A stretch of DNA of 64,000 bases. It comes from Raja brachyura. Its lineage: Eukaryota. Both the position numbers and the translations under genes were made by a program. How positions within the stretch are numbered: position 1 is the first letter of the stretch; each line of letters begins with the position of its first letter. Positions 12,290 through 25,094 of the stretch are shown here, in pieces. The stretch covers positions 42,656,001 to 42,720,000 of the forward strand of contig OY740788.1 of the NCBI GenBank assembly GCA_963514005.1, given 5' to 3'. The notes beneath the pieces were generated by a model. That model ran no database searches. It worked only from the letters and a program-made list of their open reading frames with translations, and was not told the DNA's origin.

Positions 12290-13005
12290 GAAAATGCGGA
12301 TGCTGGATATCGGAAATAAAAAGAAAAAATGCTAAAAGAAAAGCTCAGCCAGTCCAGCGGCATCTGTGGAAAGAGAACCTGACGTTTCAGGTTTGGGATT
12401 CTCCATCAGCACTGGAAAGGAGTTTGTTTTCAGTGGCAGATAGGGTTCGGCAGTGTTGGAGGAAGGGGGTGCGAAGCGAAGATAATATCTTTGATATAAT
12501 AAGAACTAAATTAGATAATTGGCCACTCTATCAGAGATATTCCCTTTGTTCTCACCATTCAGAATCAGAATCAGAATGCCTTTTATTGTCACTATACACG
12601 TGTACAGTGAGATTAAAAACTGCTCCTACTCAGTGCAAAAACAAGACAAAAAGGGGGGGGGGGAATAAGGTGCACAGTTTCTGCAGCACTATATACATAT
12701 CTATAAAAAGACAATGGATAATAGAATGGATAATAGGATTCCTATATCCAGTATGGGTTACAGTTACAGTACAAATTACAGTAGGTGGATAGATGAAAGT
12801 CCGGGGGTGAAGTCAATGCATGTGTGAGTTCAGGGAGATGATGGATTTTGGGAAGAAACTGTTCTTGAGTCACCCACCTCCCCCACCTCCCCTGCTAGTG
12901 AAAACTAACATGCTTTGTCTTCTTCCCAGTTCCGATGAAGAGTCCCAGATTTGAAATGTGTTTTTTCTCACATAGGCTACATGGCCTGCTGAGTGTTTGT
13001 TGTTT
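12290..13005. mobile_element. Older Penelope-derived element (arms ~12290-12440 and ~12880-13005) interrupted by a Rex/Babar fragment
   Basis: GCGGATGCTGG...GCATCTGTGGAAAGAGAA..TGACGTTTCAGG on the left and TTCCGATGAAGAGTC...GAAATGT on the right. Confidence 0.55.
12558..12871 (-). mobile_element. Rex1/Babar-like LINE 3' end
   Basis: (TCAGAA)n tail, TTTATTGTCA (poly-A signal on the minus strand), and GGGAAGAAACTGTTCTTGAGTC, typical of Rex/Babar ORF ends. Confidence 0.6.
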
Positions 13006-13553
13006 TCTGAATCTATCACCATTGCCTTCCATCCCCATATCTTTTATGACCTTAAAATCAACAACTCCTTTGTGTGTTTTGTATTTTCACTATTTTCAGA
13101 ATAAAAGGGGATTTTTCCCTGATACTTGATATTTTTTGCTGTGTGATGCCTGATTTCAACTGACACCTGCGCACAGTTGCATTAAAGAAAGTAAGGAGTT
13201 AAACAGGTGAAAGGGTATAATAACTTACTGCTTGAGCAACTGCCCCATCCAATACTGAAGGTCCATAATCAGGGCACAGGGAAAAGAATGATAACTTCCA
13301 TAGCTCAGGAGTGACCTCTCAGTTAAGTGTTGATCAATGTCCCACTGATGTGCCAGAGAGCCTTCAGTTGACTGAGGAAAATGGTGTTCAATGACTAAAA
13401 CCTTCAGCATTCTAATGGATACCTAAAAGAATTGGAGAGGTTACGCCGGTGTTGTTTTTGTACTATCCACCAAATGAATTGGCAGGGAAGATAAATGGAG
13501 TAAGGCCTGTTTCCTCACACATGCTAATGTATAGGCATATGATCCACATGTAT

Positions 13554-14590
13554 TAGGTATGTTACAAAACTTACCTTGAGCAGCGCTACAGTTCTGCCGC
13601 TCCCCGTGTGCGTGACTTTGGCGCCTTTCAGAGGGGGGGCGGGCTTAAAGTGCCGTTTTTCAACAGACAGGGAAAATCGATCCATGTCGGGCGATTTCGT
13701 TGCGGAAGAAAAATCGCTCCGACATTTCATTCATGAAGGTATTTTTAAATTACGCTAGATTATTTATTAACTAGAGTAATTTAAAAATCACCTTCAAAAG
13801 CCGTGAGAGCCGACAACGGGAAGGATTTTGCGTATGGGGAGAAAAAAAGGTACACAGTTTATTTTTATATTAAAAGTTGGTTTTTATGGAGGCTTTAATC
13901 ACATTTTCAAGTTGCGAAATGGGGTCCAAAAAAATGTATGAACCAACAGTACTTTTTTCTCCCGACTTCACAGCAAACCACAACGTTCCAATCCACCGCA
14001 TTCCACTAAAACCCACTAGCAAGTTGATTTAAATGGCCATTAATTTACAGGCATTAAACACTAAATTCCTTCCCTTTGGCCTATAAATTCATGAAAATGA
14101 GATTTAAAAATTATGTTATATTGTGGATTATTGTGTGAATGTTATTTGGACACTTAGGCAATTTAAAAAAAGTTTATCTTTTCTTAAGAAATGGATAGAT
14201 GTTTAGATCTACTCATTGAATTTTGTAATTAGCTACCATTAGATAACTAACTAATTATATGCTTTAATTTCAGGTCATCCAAGTAAGATTGTTTCATATT
14301 TGTTTCAGAATGTTTCAATCTATAATAACTGAAAATTTCATTGAGTTCTCTTAATTTGTAAGAAAGATATGGGCTTTTAACTGTTCTAGATCACAGCTTT
14401 TGAGTTAAGTCAATTGAAAGGCAATGGGGAACAAGATGCTAATTTCCGAGTATGAAAATGGTCATAACTTTTTTAATACTGAAGATATGGAAGTGAATTA
14501 GGTGTCAAATTAAACTTCTTTTTATGCTTTATCCGATGGGATAAATTGCAGACTTGATTTTTAAAATCTCAAAATTTTGTAACATTGCTA
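13554..14590. mobile_element. Non-autonomous hAT-like DNA transposon (~1037 bp) with 7-bp TSD
   Basis: The left end is TAGGTATGTTACAAAA and the right end reverse-complemented is TAGCAATGTTACAAAA (14/16). CATGTAT flanks both sides (13547-13553 and 14591-14597). The left subterminal region is GC-rich and there is no transposase ORF. Confidence 0.8.
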
Positions 14591-14599
14591 CATGTATAT

Positions 14600-14755
14600 A
14601 CAAGCACTATACTCCATGCTCCATCATGGCAAGAGATTTCCGGGAGGACAGAAAAAACACTTTGAGGATGTTCTTAAAGTCTCCATGAAAAACGGAAAGA
14701 TCCTTACTCATTCTGATGAATCTCTTGCCTGTGACCATTTAGAATGTAGGAGTAT
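14600..14755 (+). mobile_element. RTE-clade LINE remnant (host of the hAT insertion)
   Basis: Translates to ALYSMLHHGKRFPGGQKKHFEDVLKVSMKNGKILTHSDESLACDHLEC, which resembles the RTE C-terminal LYxELxxGKRxxGGQxKRFKDxLK motif. Confidence 0.7.
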
Positions 14756-14776
14756 CTTGTGTCTCTATTGATTGAA

Positions 14777-15040
14777 AGATATAGCATAGAAACAGGCGTT
14801 TCGGCCCACTGAGTCCACACTGACCATCGGTCACCCCTTCACACTTTCTCAGCACTCCCTACACACGGGAGAAATTTACAAACCTACACGTTTTTGGGAT
14901 GTGGGAGGAAACCAGCACACCTTGAGTAATCGCACACAGTCACAGGGAGAACGTACAAACATTGTATAGACAGCACGTGTAGTCAGGATCGAACCAGGGT
15001 CACTGGTGCTGTGAGGCAGCAGCTCTACAATTGCACCACT
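14777..15040 (-). mobile_element. tRNA-derived V-SINE (HE1-like)
   Basis: B-box GGTTCGATCC on the minus strand, V-domain GGTTTCCTCCCACATCCCAAA, and CR1-like tail GGGCCGAAACGCCTGTTTC. Confidence 0.85.
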
Positions 15041-15419
15041 ACAACTCTGATCAGAGGACGTTTTTGAAATTAGGGTTAAGGCACACAGGTTATAGGAATT
15101 TAATTTTTCAGGCAGTTAATTCTTACCCGAGACATGTTCAAATCCGAGAACAATATATTTCCAGATCTCAAATTTGGCATAACTCATCTCAATAATAAGC
15201 ACAAAACAATTGGAAAGAACATAGATGTGCAAATATTCCTGACCTGGGGCTTAAACCTTTGACTGATTTTTCCCAAAGTGTTTTTCATTATAATCCAATT
15301 TTAATATCTAAAATCTCACATGACCACAATGCCGACCAAAACAAAACAGCAATGTAATAACATTAGTTGTCATTATTAAAGTGTGAACATTTTCAAATAC
15401 AGTCTAATTGTTCAATCAC

Positions 15420-15705
15420 TCATTTTTCTCTTTATCTCCTCTTTCCCCTTTCATCTCACTCTTTCTCCTCTCATCTCCAAAATCCCTCTCTGTCTCTCCT
15501 TTGTCTATCCCCACATTGTTAACTTCCTTTCCTTACTCTTTCCTTCCTTCACAATTCTTTGTTGTCCTCCTTTCTTCCTCTCCACTTATTCCTGCTCGTT
15601 CTCCCTTCAACCCCTCCTTCCCCATCAGCTTCTTTAACATTTCTTTCACCCTCCTCCCCTTGCTTCCCTGCCTTCACCACCTTTTCTCTCTCCCTCATTC
15701 TTCCC
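15420..15705 (+). repeat. Pyrimidine-rich (CT) low-complexity tract
   Basis: About 285 bp almost entirely C/T. Confidence 0.8.
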
Positions 15706-15860
15706 CATGGAAATCTTGCAGTCTTGCACATAGAAAAGCAACACAAGTTAGAGAAGTGCATCATTGTCTTCAGTCACTGGGTATCAGTAAGACATTAGGC
15801 CAGTGCTGTCTTCACTCCTGTGTCTTGAGATTATATGTGCTTCATTGATGTAGCATAAAT

Positions 15861-15909
15861 AGGGGTGGGATATCTGACAGAGTAATAAGGGGTGGGATAT
15901 CTGACAGAG
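15861..15909 (+). repeat. 22-bp direct repeat
   Basis: AGGGGTGGGATATCTGACAGAG at 15861-15882 and 15888-15909. Confidence 0.9.
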
Positions 15910-16364
15910 ACAGGGCAATTGGGAGTAGTCGGCCTGTTGTCTTTCACTGGATGGGGTGGGATGTGTGGCCAAAATCGAAGGCCAAATGTGAGCCCTGGAA
16001 GGTAGCTTATTTGATAACTTTGAATTTTTTTCTTTAACTGGTTATGTTGCAACTACAGTTGGGAACTCCTGGTGTAAGCATTGGATACTAAGGATAGCAT
16101 AAATTTGTTTGGGCTACCTTCAATATATGGGTGTAAACTAGGTGCAAAACATATTAACTGGGACGGCTTATACTAATATGCAACGAAAGGAAGGTGTTAG
16201 AAATCCCCCCCCCCCCCCCTCCTGCTGGATCCAGGGACAGTTATCCAATCTTCCCACACTCTATTCCAACTCTAACTTCCCCAATCTGGGGGGACCGAAG
16301 AGTGATGAAGTCAAGTCAACACTTTTCCTGAATGAGGTTTATGAACTAACTTCTGTCAGTATTA

Positions 16365-16733
16365 AGGGGCTGTCCCACTTGGGCGAGTTTAGAAGAGTTT
16401 GAAAAAATGTCATGTTGAAGACCTCCTTCAACTATGTAGAAGACCTCCTTCGACTATGTTGAACGCCAGCTTCGACCCACTACGACTAAACCTACGAGTA
16501 AAAAAAGTATTGATTTTTGCTATGGCGACCTTTTTTTACTTGTGGGCATTTTTTAACCTATTGAAAAAAACGCCGCAACCTAGCTGAGGCCTCGAGTACG
16601 CGGAGACCACTCTCGAACATGAAGGAGAGTTACGAAGACCTCCTATGATCTTGTGTCGACCATGCTGCGAGTATGAGTCGAGGGAAAACTCACCAGAACT
16701 CGTGGATTAGGTCGCCCAAGTGAGACAGGCCCT
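16365..16733. mobile_element. PIF/Harbinger-type MITE
   Basis: TIRs AGGGGCTGTCCCACTTGGGCGA and TCGCCCAAGTGAGACAGGCCCT, TTA TSD at 16362-16364 and 16734-16736, and internal GAAGACCTCCT repeats. Confidence 0.85.
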
Positions 16734-19700
16734 TTAGGCCTCTTAGATTGGAGTGTATTTACAATATCCCCAGGCAAACAAATATGTACACATAATTTCC
16801 TAATTACCCACAGTTGTAAACTGTTGCCCAGTACCTGGCTTCAACAATCAAAAACACTTTTTCTTTAGAAGATACTTGTACATCTTGGTCAATAATATTT
16901 TATTGGCTCCAGGTTGTTGACTGCAGTTGGTAAACTATTCTCTCTGGGTTATGGAAGTGACCTCAAGTGTGGAGAAATGCCCTCCTTCTTTGGCACTAGA
17001 TGTTAAAACTATCTTGGCACCTTCCTGTAACCTTTGGGTCAATAATCAAGAGCCTCCCAAACAGCAGCCAATGTTTGTATTGTCAATAGAGATTTGGGCA
17101 TGACTGAGAAAGGTGAAACAGGTTTGAAAGGTGCAACATGAACTCTTAATGTACTGGAAGCAAAACATTCCTTTATTTGCCATTCATGGTTAACTTGATG
17201 GATCACACATCAAAGAGGAAATGATGGTAAGTCAGGCCAAATTTTAACACCATAATGTAGACCATTTAATTATTTTTTTAATTTGTCAATTGACTCCTGG
17301 TATGAATTGGATTTTTAAAGCTTATCTAAAGTTTATTTAAAAATATTAAATACTTGAATTAATTTGTTATTTCAAAGCCAGAATTGTTTGATCAGCAATT
17401 AATATTTATATAATTAATCATTTTTAAGATAAATGTTTACAGGGAAAGATATTAAAAAATAAAATTTGAAATTGTACGAAGATTGATAAGGGGAGAGGAC
17501 TACATCAGCTCACAGAAAAACAACCGTTGTTTACCTTGCCAGCATCAAGTTGTTCGAGTTATGATTTTTCATGATCACAGAAGCTCAATCAATATACAAC
17601 ATTGCAGGAAAATATAGAAAACAATTGAAATAAAAAACACAAAATAATGCCTCATAGATTATGAATATTTTTCAATCTGTTCAATTTTTCATTTAAAGTA
17701 ATACAATTAAAATGTCTTTAATTAGTTTGGCCAACGCAAGTTGTTTCTCGTCTGTTCAATTCAGTGAGTGCAACCATTGTACAATGGGATAAATATAGAG
17801 AGACTACTGTATAAACAGCTCAAGCAGCTCCAATCGACCAGAATGAAAAGGTATCTGCCCTGAAAAAGGAGTTTCAGGTTTAGCAGCAAATCTGAAAAGT
17901 CATACTGTAGTTTTGATTTAAAAGCTATTTTTGCAACTTGGCTTGCAATATTAAACAGGCATTTATCTGTACACCACAGAGCTTGATTGCATCACATAAC
18001 AATATGCACGGAAAGGGCCAATGTACAAGATCACACAATGAAGCGTTTTGGCATGACAGTGGCTGCAGAATTAAGAATAAGAGAATTCTGGAAAAAGATC
18101 AAGCAAATCCAAATTATCCCTAATTCCCCACAACAATAAAGATTACTGCATTTGACTCTTTTTAAATGATAAACAACACTCAAATTCTAGGGTTTCTCTA
18201 TTAATCCCGTATAAAGCTTGTCAGTTCAATACTCACAGCCGAACTGCAGAGCATTCATGCAGTCACCAATGCTCCACCCACTGAATAAGTGTTCTACAAG
18301 AAAATGCCATTAAAGTTTCTTGCACAGTGCTCTAACTGTAACCTTTTATGCTTTTGATCGTTTATACAGGTCTATTCAATACAAGGGAGAATGCATGGAA
18401 TTCCATGCTCCAGCCCAAAAAGCAATTGTCTTAAGCAATAAGCATTTTCAAAAATTTTGAATTGTATCAACATTTCTTATTATTACTGACCTTCAACAAT
18501 GTCAAAATGCCCAGCAAATACATTATTGGTGCAAAAGCTCACTTATGAGATGCAAAATATATGTTTTTAATACATTGAACGTTTCTGCTTTTATTAAAAA
18601 ACCTTTCAAAGAAAGAATGTGCATTATTATCAAAGTAGTTACCTCTCTTTAATAAAATGAAGACATAATGGTTTTCCTAATATTCCGAAATCCTGGCATT
18701 GAAACATTACACGTATTTATAACTGTAATTATCGACAATGGCTGTTTATTGTAGAACTTCACTGTGCATGTGAATACTCTTAATTGACGATTCTAATTGT
18801 GTGTTTCTTTCGTTCCACCCCGACGGTGCAGATTTCCATCTAAAATCCTTGCTGGGTCCTGTATCTCACACAAGTCCATTTTTTGGCCATCGTGTGAGCG
18901 TGAGCCTTTTTTTTTTAAACCAACTCTGGGCATATCCTGCATTTCTCTCAAGCAATATACATATTTAAATATTTTCGAGTTACTTGATCAAGAAACAGCA
19001 ATTCAAATAGTTTCTTCTATTTGGGTAGGTCTGCAAGATTGATAGTTTATAAGAGTCCCATAATTTTATATCTAGGCAGAAGCCGAATTTGCATTACATT
19101 TAGAGAAACAATAAATTGCCGATTATTTCAGTGAGACGCAGGGTGAACGATGACTTAAATTTAATTCCTAGATTTACAATAAACCTGAAAATCACTTTGT
19201 TAAGAGATTACCTATTAGAGGAACTCCAGTGGTGATCTTCAAAAGTAACAGTCAATTACATTTCATGAAAGGGACTAATATTTACAGTTAACTGTATGAT
19301 TATATGTACTTGTCTTGCAGGTAGTCAAAAGCTGCTGAAAGTGCCAACTATTGTATTTGGTAAAAGTTTTTGCTTACATCCATACAATCAATTATTATTT
19401 GTAAAGCTCACATGAACATATATATTATTGTTTATGTTACTATTTGTAGTACGTATGGTTTTGATATAAATACACATGCTCTTTTTGAGAGGTTTTAAAA
19501 TATAAGTTCATTTATTGAAATAATTAAGAAGCCACCTCAAACTTTTGAAACTATTGTGGTGAATTGACGGAATTTCAAACTGGCATTTCAGAAGCAATAT
19601 AAAACGGTTATAAGTGCACGCTGTCACAGTAGTTCTGACATTACTCAGGACACGGATTAGCACCTGATTCACAGACAGATGGAAGAAAAAGATGTGAAAT

Positions 19701-19830
19701 CAGAACCAATGAGTAACCACGCTTTATTTGAATTTCACACTCGTTGAAGTGAAGCTCCAGTTACGAGCAAAGTGTCATTTTTTATATGCTCAGGGAGTCC
19801 ATTGGAACCTCTGAGTACTATGTTTACATA

Positions 19831-20022
19831 TCTGTGTAAGAAGGAACTGCAGATGCTGGTTTAAACCAAAGACGGACACAAAAAGCTGGAGTAACTCTGC
19901 GAGACAGGCAGCATTGCCGGAGAGAAGGAATGGGTGACGTTTCGGGTCGAGACCATTCTGAAGAATGACCCTTCTGATGCTGCCTGTCCCGCTGAGTTAT
20001 TCCAGCTTTTTTGTGTCTATCT
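19831..20022. mobile_element. Penelope-derived fold-back element with 12-bp TSD
   Basis: Inverted arms around GACGTTTCGGGTCGAGACC/TTCTGAAGAA. TATGTTTACATA is duplicated at 19819-19830 and 20023-20034. Confidence 0.85.
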
Positions 20023-20034
20023 TATGTTTACATA

Positions 20035-20114
20035 ACTGTTGTGCTGGCTGCAAGTAAGAATTTTATTGTTCCGTTTCAGGACATATGTCTGTCTGTAAAA
20101 CACTCTTGACTCTT
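20035..20114 (+). mobile_element. Rex/Babar-like LINE 3' tail
   Basis: GCAAGTAAGAATTTTATTGTTCC...GGACATATG...TAAAACACTCTTGACTCTT; a similar tail is at ~58605-58676. Confidence 0.5.
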
Positions 20115-21566
20115 AAATTTATATATCATTGTTTTCGATATTAGAAGAAAATAAGCATTCCCGCATGTGTTTCATTGGTGTGAAGAACTGACATTCCTGT
20201 GAAAACTGATAAATAGAGCTCTGTTGTCAGTAAGTGCAAAATGCAGTTAGGAATATGATTTGTGTCTGCCAGTTGTTCTTCGGACACAACCAAAAGCTTT
20301 AATTTGAGATCTCTGACCTGGGTCAACTAAAAATACACAAACTCTTAAACACTTTAAAGACCAAAGTCTGGAAATAACGTAGTTAAGCTATGTTGTCTTC
20401 TGTTGAAGCTATTTAATACTCAAAACATAAGATTCTTTTTGTACTTAAAATTGGATATTTTTTGAATTTATTATTTAAGCCTATAATCAGAACAACCGTA
20501 AGGTCTGCTCTGACCTATGGCTCTCCACTATAATGCAGGAGGAGTAAGCAGAGTTTAAGCACTTCTTAACTGTTCTGGTGCTGATATGTGAAAGCTATTC
20601 ATAAGTTACTGACAGTCATAGGCTCTGATTGGAAATCAACATGAATTGGAGTCGAAGTTGAAATGAAGCAATCAATTATTATTGGATTAAGTTTGTATGC
20701 TAGAAATTGAATTTCGCCCTTTATTGGTGCACTAAACACGTGCTGTTTACGGTGCTACTCCTCAACTAGATCACCTGCAAAAATTCCCGAAAAAGGCCAA
20801 TGGAAATAGTGCCTCGCTAGTTTGCACCCGGAATTAATGCATTAAATCAGGATCTGCAGGAAATATCTAAATATTTCCTATTTAGTGCAAAAGAAAACAG
20901 AGTACGGGCACATCCCTTAAAGGCACATGCCCCTTCACAGCCTTAAACTGCAAAACACATTAAGGCAGCTCAGGTGAAGGGTGAGACTGTAGGCAAAAGG
21001 AAGACAGCTTTGTGATATTCACGTTAGGTTTTAGTGGCCGCGAGAAGAAGGGGGTCCCGGCCATGAGATATATCAGGGGTCAACATTAAAGTATGTGGTA
21101 GAAGATGGTTACAGTATTTTCCAGAACAATAAAATCCATAGACCAGATCTTGAGCAAACTTGATTATCTCTCAATTCATATCATGGTAATGTTCAGTCTA
21201 ACAGAAATGCTGCTCTTTCATTCTCACAAAGGTATAAGGTTTGAGGGATGCAGGACACAAGAAGATAAACCAGGTACCAGTGACTACAGTCTGTCGCATG
21301 GTGCAGGGAATCTGATATCAGCACTCACACTGGAGAGAGGAGTGTGTATTAATCCTACCTGAATGGATTCAGGTGAGGTTCATGATTGGGATGCTTTAAT
21401 GACAAAGCTGATGCACAAGTACAGGTGGAAATGGTCAGTGATCCGACTGGCCTCATGCAAGAGGCGTTAAGAACCTGGAGGACAGAGTCTTCAATTTCTC
21501 ACAGAGGATTCTGCATTGCCAAGAGACCATGTCCTTCACTCTGGACCCAATAACCTCCACTTCTTT

Positions 21567-21905
21567 AAAACACAAAGTGATGGAGTCCAAAGAAGGGTCC
21601 CTAACTGAAATCTAGAATCAAGGAATTGCAGATGCTGATTAATACACAAAAGGACAGAAAGTGCTGGAGTAACTCAGCAGATCAGCCAGCACCTCTAGAC
21701 AACATCTCGGGAGTATTTTATGTCCTTTTGTGTATTCATGTTTTCCAGAGATGCTGCTTCATCGACTGAATTATTCCAGCACTTTGTGTCCTTTCCCGAC
21801 CTGAAAAGTTGTTTGTCCATGTTCTCCGAAAATGCTGCCTGACTCACTGGGTTACTCCAACACTGTTACGCATCATTCCAGCATCTGCAGCTCCTTGTCC
21901 ATGCA
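21567..21905. mobile_element. Rearranged multi-arm Penelope-derived insertion
   Basis: Several direct and inverted copies of the GCTGGAGTAACTCAG/GATGCTGCCTG arm. Candidate 9-bp TSD CACTTCTTT at 21558-21566 and 21906-21914. Confidence 0.7.
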
Positions 21906-22271
21906 CACTTCTTTGCTGGGTATCAGCTACAATCATATTGTACAGTGCCTATCTGAATGCAGAGATGAAAGCCACACACAATTTGGCTGATTCTATGCAG
22001 TCTCACTCTGATCCATTAGAGGTCTGGTCCCAGACACCCAGAAGCATCTTGACACCCAATAAGACACCAGCGAGCTGCTTGATGACTTCATTGAGCAAAG
22101 AGATGCCAGGAGTAAGCAGATTGCAGCATCAAAGATCAGAAGGTCATTACCTGTGAGCAGCTTACAGTTCCACAGGAGCGAAAGGATGCTGCACATGAAC
22201 AGCTAGTTCTCTTGAATGAGCAGAGAGATGCTCTGCAGAAGTAGCACAGACTCCTTCTGGAGACAGACCTA

Positions 22272-22606
22272 TCATAGAGTAATAGAGTCATAGAGCCTAA
22301 CAGCATGGAAGCAGGCCCTTTGGCCCAACTTGCCCACACCGGAAAACATGTACCATCTACACTAGTCCCACCTGCCTACATTTGGCCCATATCTCTCTAA
22401 ACGTGTACCTGTTTAAATGTTTCTTAAACTTTGCCTCGACTACCTCCTCCGGCAGCTCATTCCATACCACCGTTTGCGTGAAAAAGTTACCCCTCAGATT
22501 CCTATTAAGTGTTTCATCCCTCACCTTAAGCCTATGTCCTCTGGTTCTTGATTCCCCTACTATGGGCAAGAGACTCTGTGCGTCTACCTGATCCATTCCT
22601 CTCATG
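22272..22606 (-). mobile_element. CR1-type LINE 3' fragment
   Basis: ORF MRGMDQVDAQSLLPIVGESRTRGHRLKVR...WNELPEEVVEA, plus a (CATAGAGT)-like tail. Confidence 0.9.
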
Positions 22607-22884
22607 TCACGCTCCGTTCACACACTACACTTCAATGTGAGCACAGTCCTGTTCAGAATGCACAGAGAGCTGAATACAAGCAAAAGAATAAGGTTGAAGG
22701 AACCTATGGCTGGAAGACTGTAAGCTAGCTCAGCCCTGGTTCTTGATTTTGAAATAATGATGGAGTGTCAGCAGGTTACTGCATCTTCCTCTGAGAGGTC
22801 GTCAATGTGCAGATTCAGGCCACTGACAACTTTTCTCATGAGAACACCAAGTCATTTTGCATCATGTAAGTGAAAATCCAATGA

Positions 22885-23103
22885 AAAACTGCAGATGCTG
22901 GAAACCCCAAATTTAAGAAATACAGATAATCCTAAAAACACTCAGCGGTTTAGGCTGCATCAGTGGAAGAGAGACAATGTTAATGTTCCGGGTGGATTAC
23001 CCTTCATCAGAACAAGGGTGAGGAAGAATTTTATTCCTGAAACATTACCGTTATTATTTCTTCCCACAGATGTGGCCCAACCTGCAGAGTATTTCCAGCA
23101 TTT
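22885..23103. mobile_element. Penelope-derived fold-back element (CTGATGA variant)
   Basis: AACTGCAGATGCTGGAA left arm, minus-strand TTCTGATGAAGGG at ~23000-23012, and a right arm ending TTCCAGCATTT. Confidence 0.65.
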
Positions 23104-23107
23104 TAGA

Positions 23108-24105
23108 TAATAGACAATAGACAATAGGTGCAGGAGGAGGCCATTCAGCCCTTCGAGCCAGCACCGCCATTCAATGTGATCATGGCTGATCATCCCCAAT
23201 CAGTACCTCGTTCCTGACTTCTCCCCATATCCACTGACCCCGCTATCTTTAAGAGTCCTATCTAGCACTCTCTTGAAAGTATCCAGAGAACCTCTGGAAC
23301 CTCAGAATTTTCTGTCTCCACCGCCCTCTGAGGCAGAGAATTCCACAGACTCGCAACTCTCTGTGAGAAAAAGTGTTTCCTCGTCTCCGTTCTAAATAGC
23401 TTAGTCCTTATTCTTAAACTGTGGCCCCTGGTTCTGGACTCCACCAACTTCGGGAACATGTTTGCTGCCTCTATCGTGTCCAAACCCTTAATAATCTTAT
23501 ATGTTTCAATAAGATCTCCTCTCATCCTTCAAAATCTAGAGTATACAAGCCTAGCTGCTCCATTCTCTCAGCATATGACAGTCCCGCCATCCCAGAAATT
23601 AACCTTGTAAACCTACGCTGCACTCCCTCAATAGCAAGAATGTCTTTCCTCAAATTAGGGGACCAAAACTGCACATAATACGCCAGGTGTGGTCTCACCA
23701 GGGCCCTATACAACTACCTCTTTGCTCCTATACTCAACTCTTTGCTTCTGTACTCAGGACCTCTTTGCTCCTATACTCAACTCTTCTTGTTATAAAGGCC
23801 AACATGCCATTCGCTTTCTTCACTGCCTGCTGTACCTACATGCTTACTTTCATTGACTGATGAACAAGGGCCCCTAGTCCCGTTGTACTTCCCCTTTTCC
23901 CAACTTGACACCATTTAGATAGTAATCTGCCTTCCTGGCTACCAAAGAGGATAACCTCACATTTATCCACATTAAACTGCATCTGCCATGCATCCGCCCA
24001 CTCACCCAACCTGTCCATGTCACCCTGCATTCTCATAGCATCCTCCTCACAGTTTCCACTGCCACCCAGCTATGTGTTATCTGCAAATTTGCTAATGTTA
24101 CATTG
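23108..24105 (-). mobile_element. CR1/HER1-type LINE, 5'-truncated (~1 kb), degenerate RT C-terminus
   Basis: Fragments KFADNT..., MQGDMDRLGEWADAWQMQFNVDKCEV, YRALVRPHLAYYVQFWSPNLRKDILAIEGVQRRFTRLI and RGDLIETYKIIKG, with a (TAGACAA)n tail. Small internal duplication at ~23718-23785. Confidence 0.95.
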
Positions 24106-25094
24106 AATTAATTTTCTGTATTCATTCTAGTATACACCTATAGAAAGAAAATGCACCCATACCCAATAGCCAGCCACCCCAGACCACTTCCTCAACCTGC
24201 CCAGGGCAACAGTCTGAAGCCTGGACGCTTGGTACAAGAGCCTTCAAGGACTATTAAACACATCTATGTCGGTCAAAGTCAAAGGGGCAGCTTTTCAAGT
24301 CATAGGCCTGAAGTCATCCAGGACATTGCAGATATGATGCCTGGACCTCAGAACCCTCACCTGAAACAATGTAGCATTAAAGGCACTAAAATACAAATAT
24401 TGGAAATCATTGCTGTATATAGTAACTCAGCGGTTTCAGGTAGCATTCCTGCAGAACATGAATAGGTATTGTTTTGGGTCGGACATGTCTTCAGACTTTT
24501 TCAGACTTTGTTATTTTCTTTGGTAACAGCATATGCAGTCTCTTGTTTCTACGTTATGACTCCCTACATTTGTGGTTTTTTTTTTCTGCCTTAATTAATT
24601 CTAAATTCTAGTCCGGTTGAAACGGATTTTTATTCATGTTAAAATCACATTCTTCAAGGTGCAGATATAAACTGACCACTGTACAGATGCTTGAACCAAC
24701 GGAATTAGTATCTCAGCACTAAATGCTGAAAAAAAACACACCGCTGTTGGATTAACCACATTCTGCAGACTTTGGAAGCTGCTTGAAGAGCCTGCAGTGA
24801 GCCCAGTTAGATCTCCAGCAGTCGGCAGAGTTCCCTTTGCAAATGGAGACAAATGCTACAAAGCACCACAATGTAATTCTAGTTGCATTGCGAGTGTTGA
24901 GCGCAAATTATAGGCTGCAGCCAGGAGCTTCTGATGTCGACAATGGAGGAAACTCTTCTTGTGATGTTATTAGATGACTAACTGACACAGAGGAAAAGAT
25001 CAGCTCTGCTCGGGCAAATTGTGTGCAAATGTACCTCCCCCAAGTTCCTGGTGTACACAATTTCACCTGGAAATGATTGTTAAAGCGATCTTTG

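Noticed and set aside
15383-15848. Leu/Ser/Phe/Pro-rich ORFs up to 146 aa
   Set aside because: Artefact of a stop-poor polypyrimidine tract.
16415-16465. Short repeats resembling a CRISPR-like array
   Set aside because: Only 2-3 tandem units with no unique spacers, inside a MITE in eukaryotic DNA.
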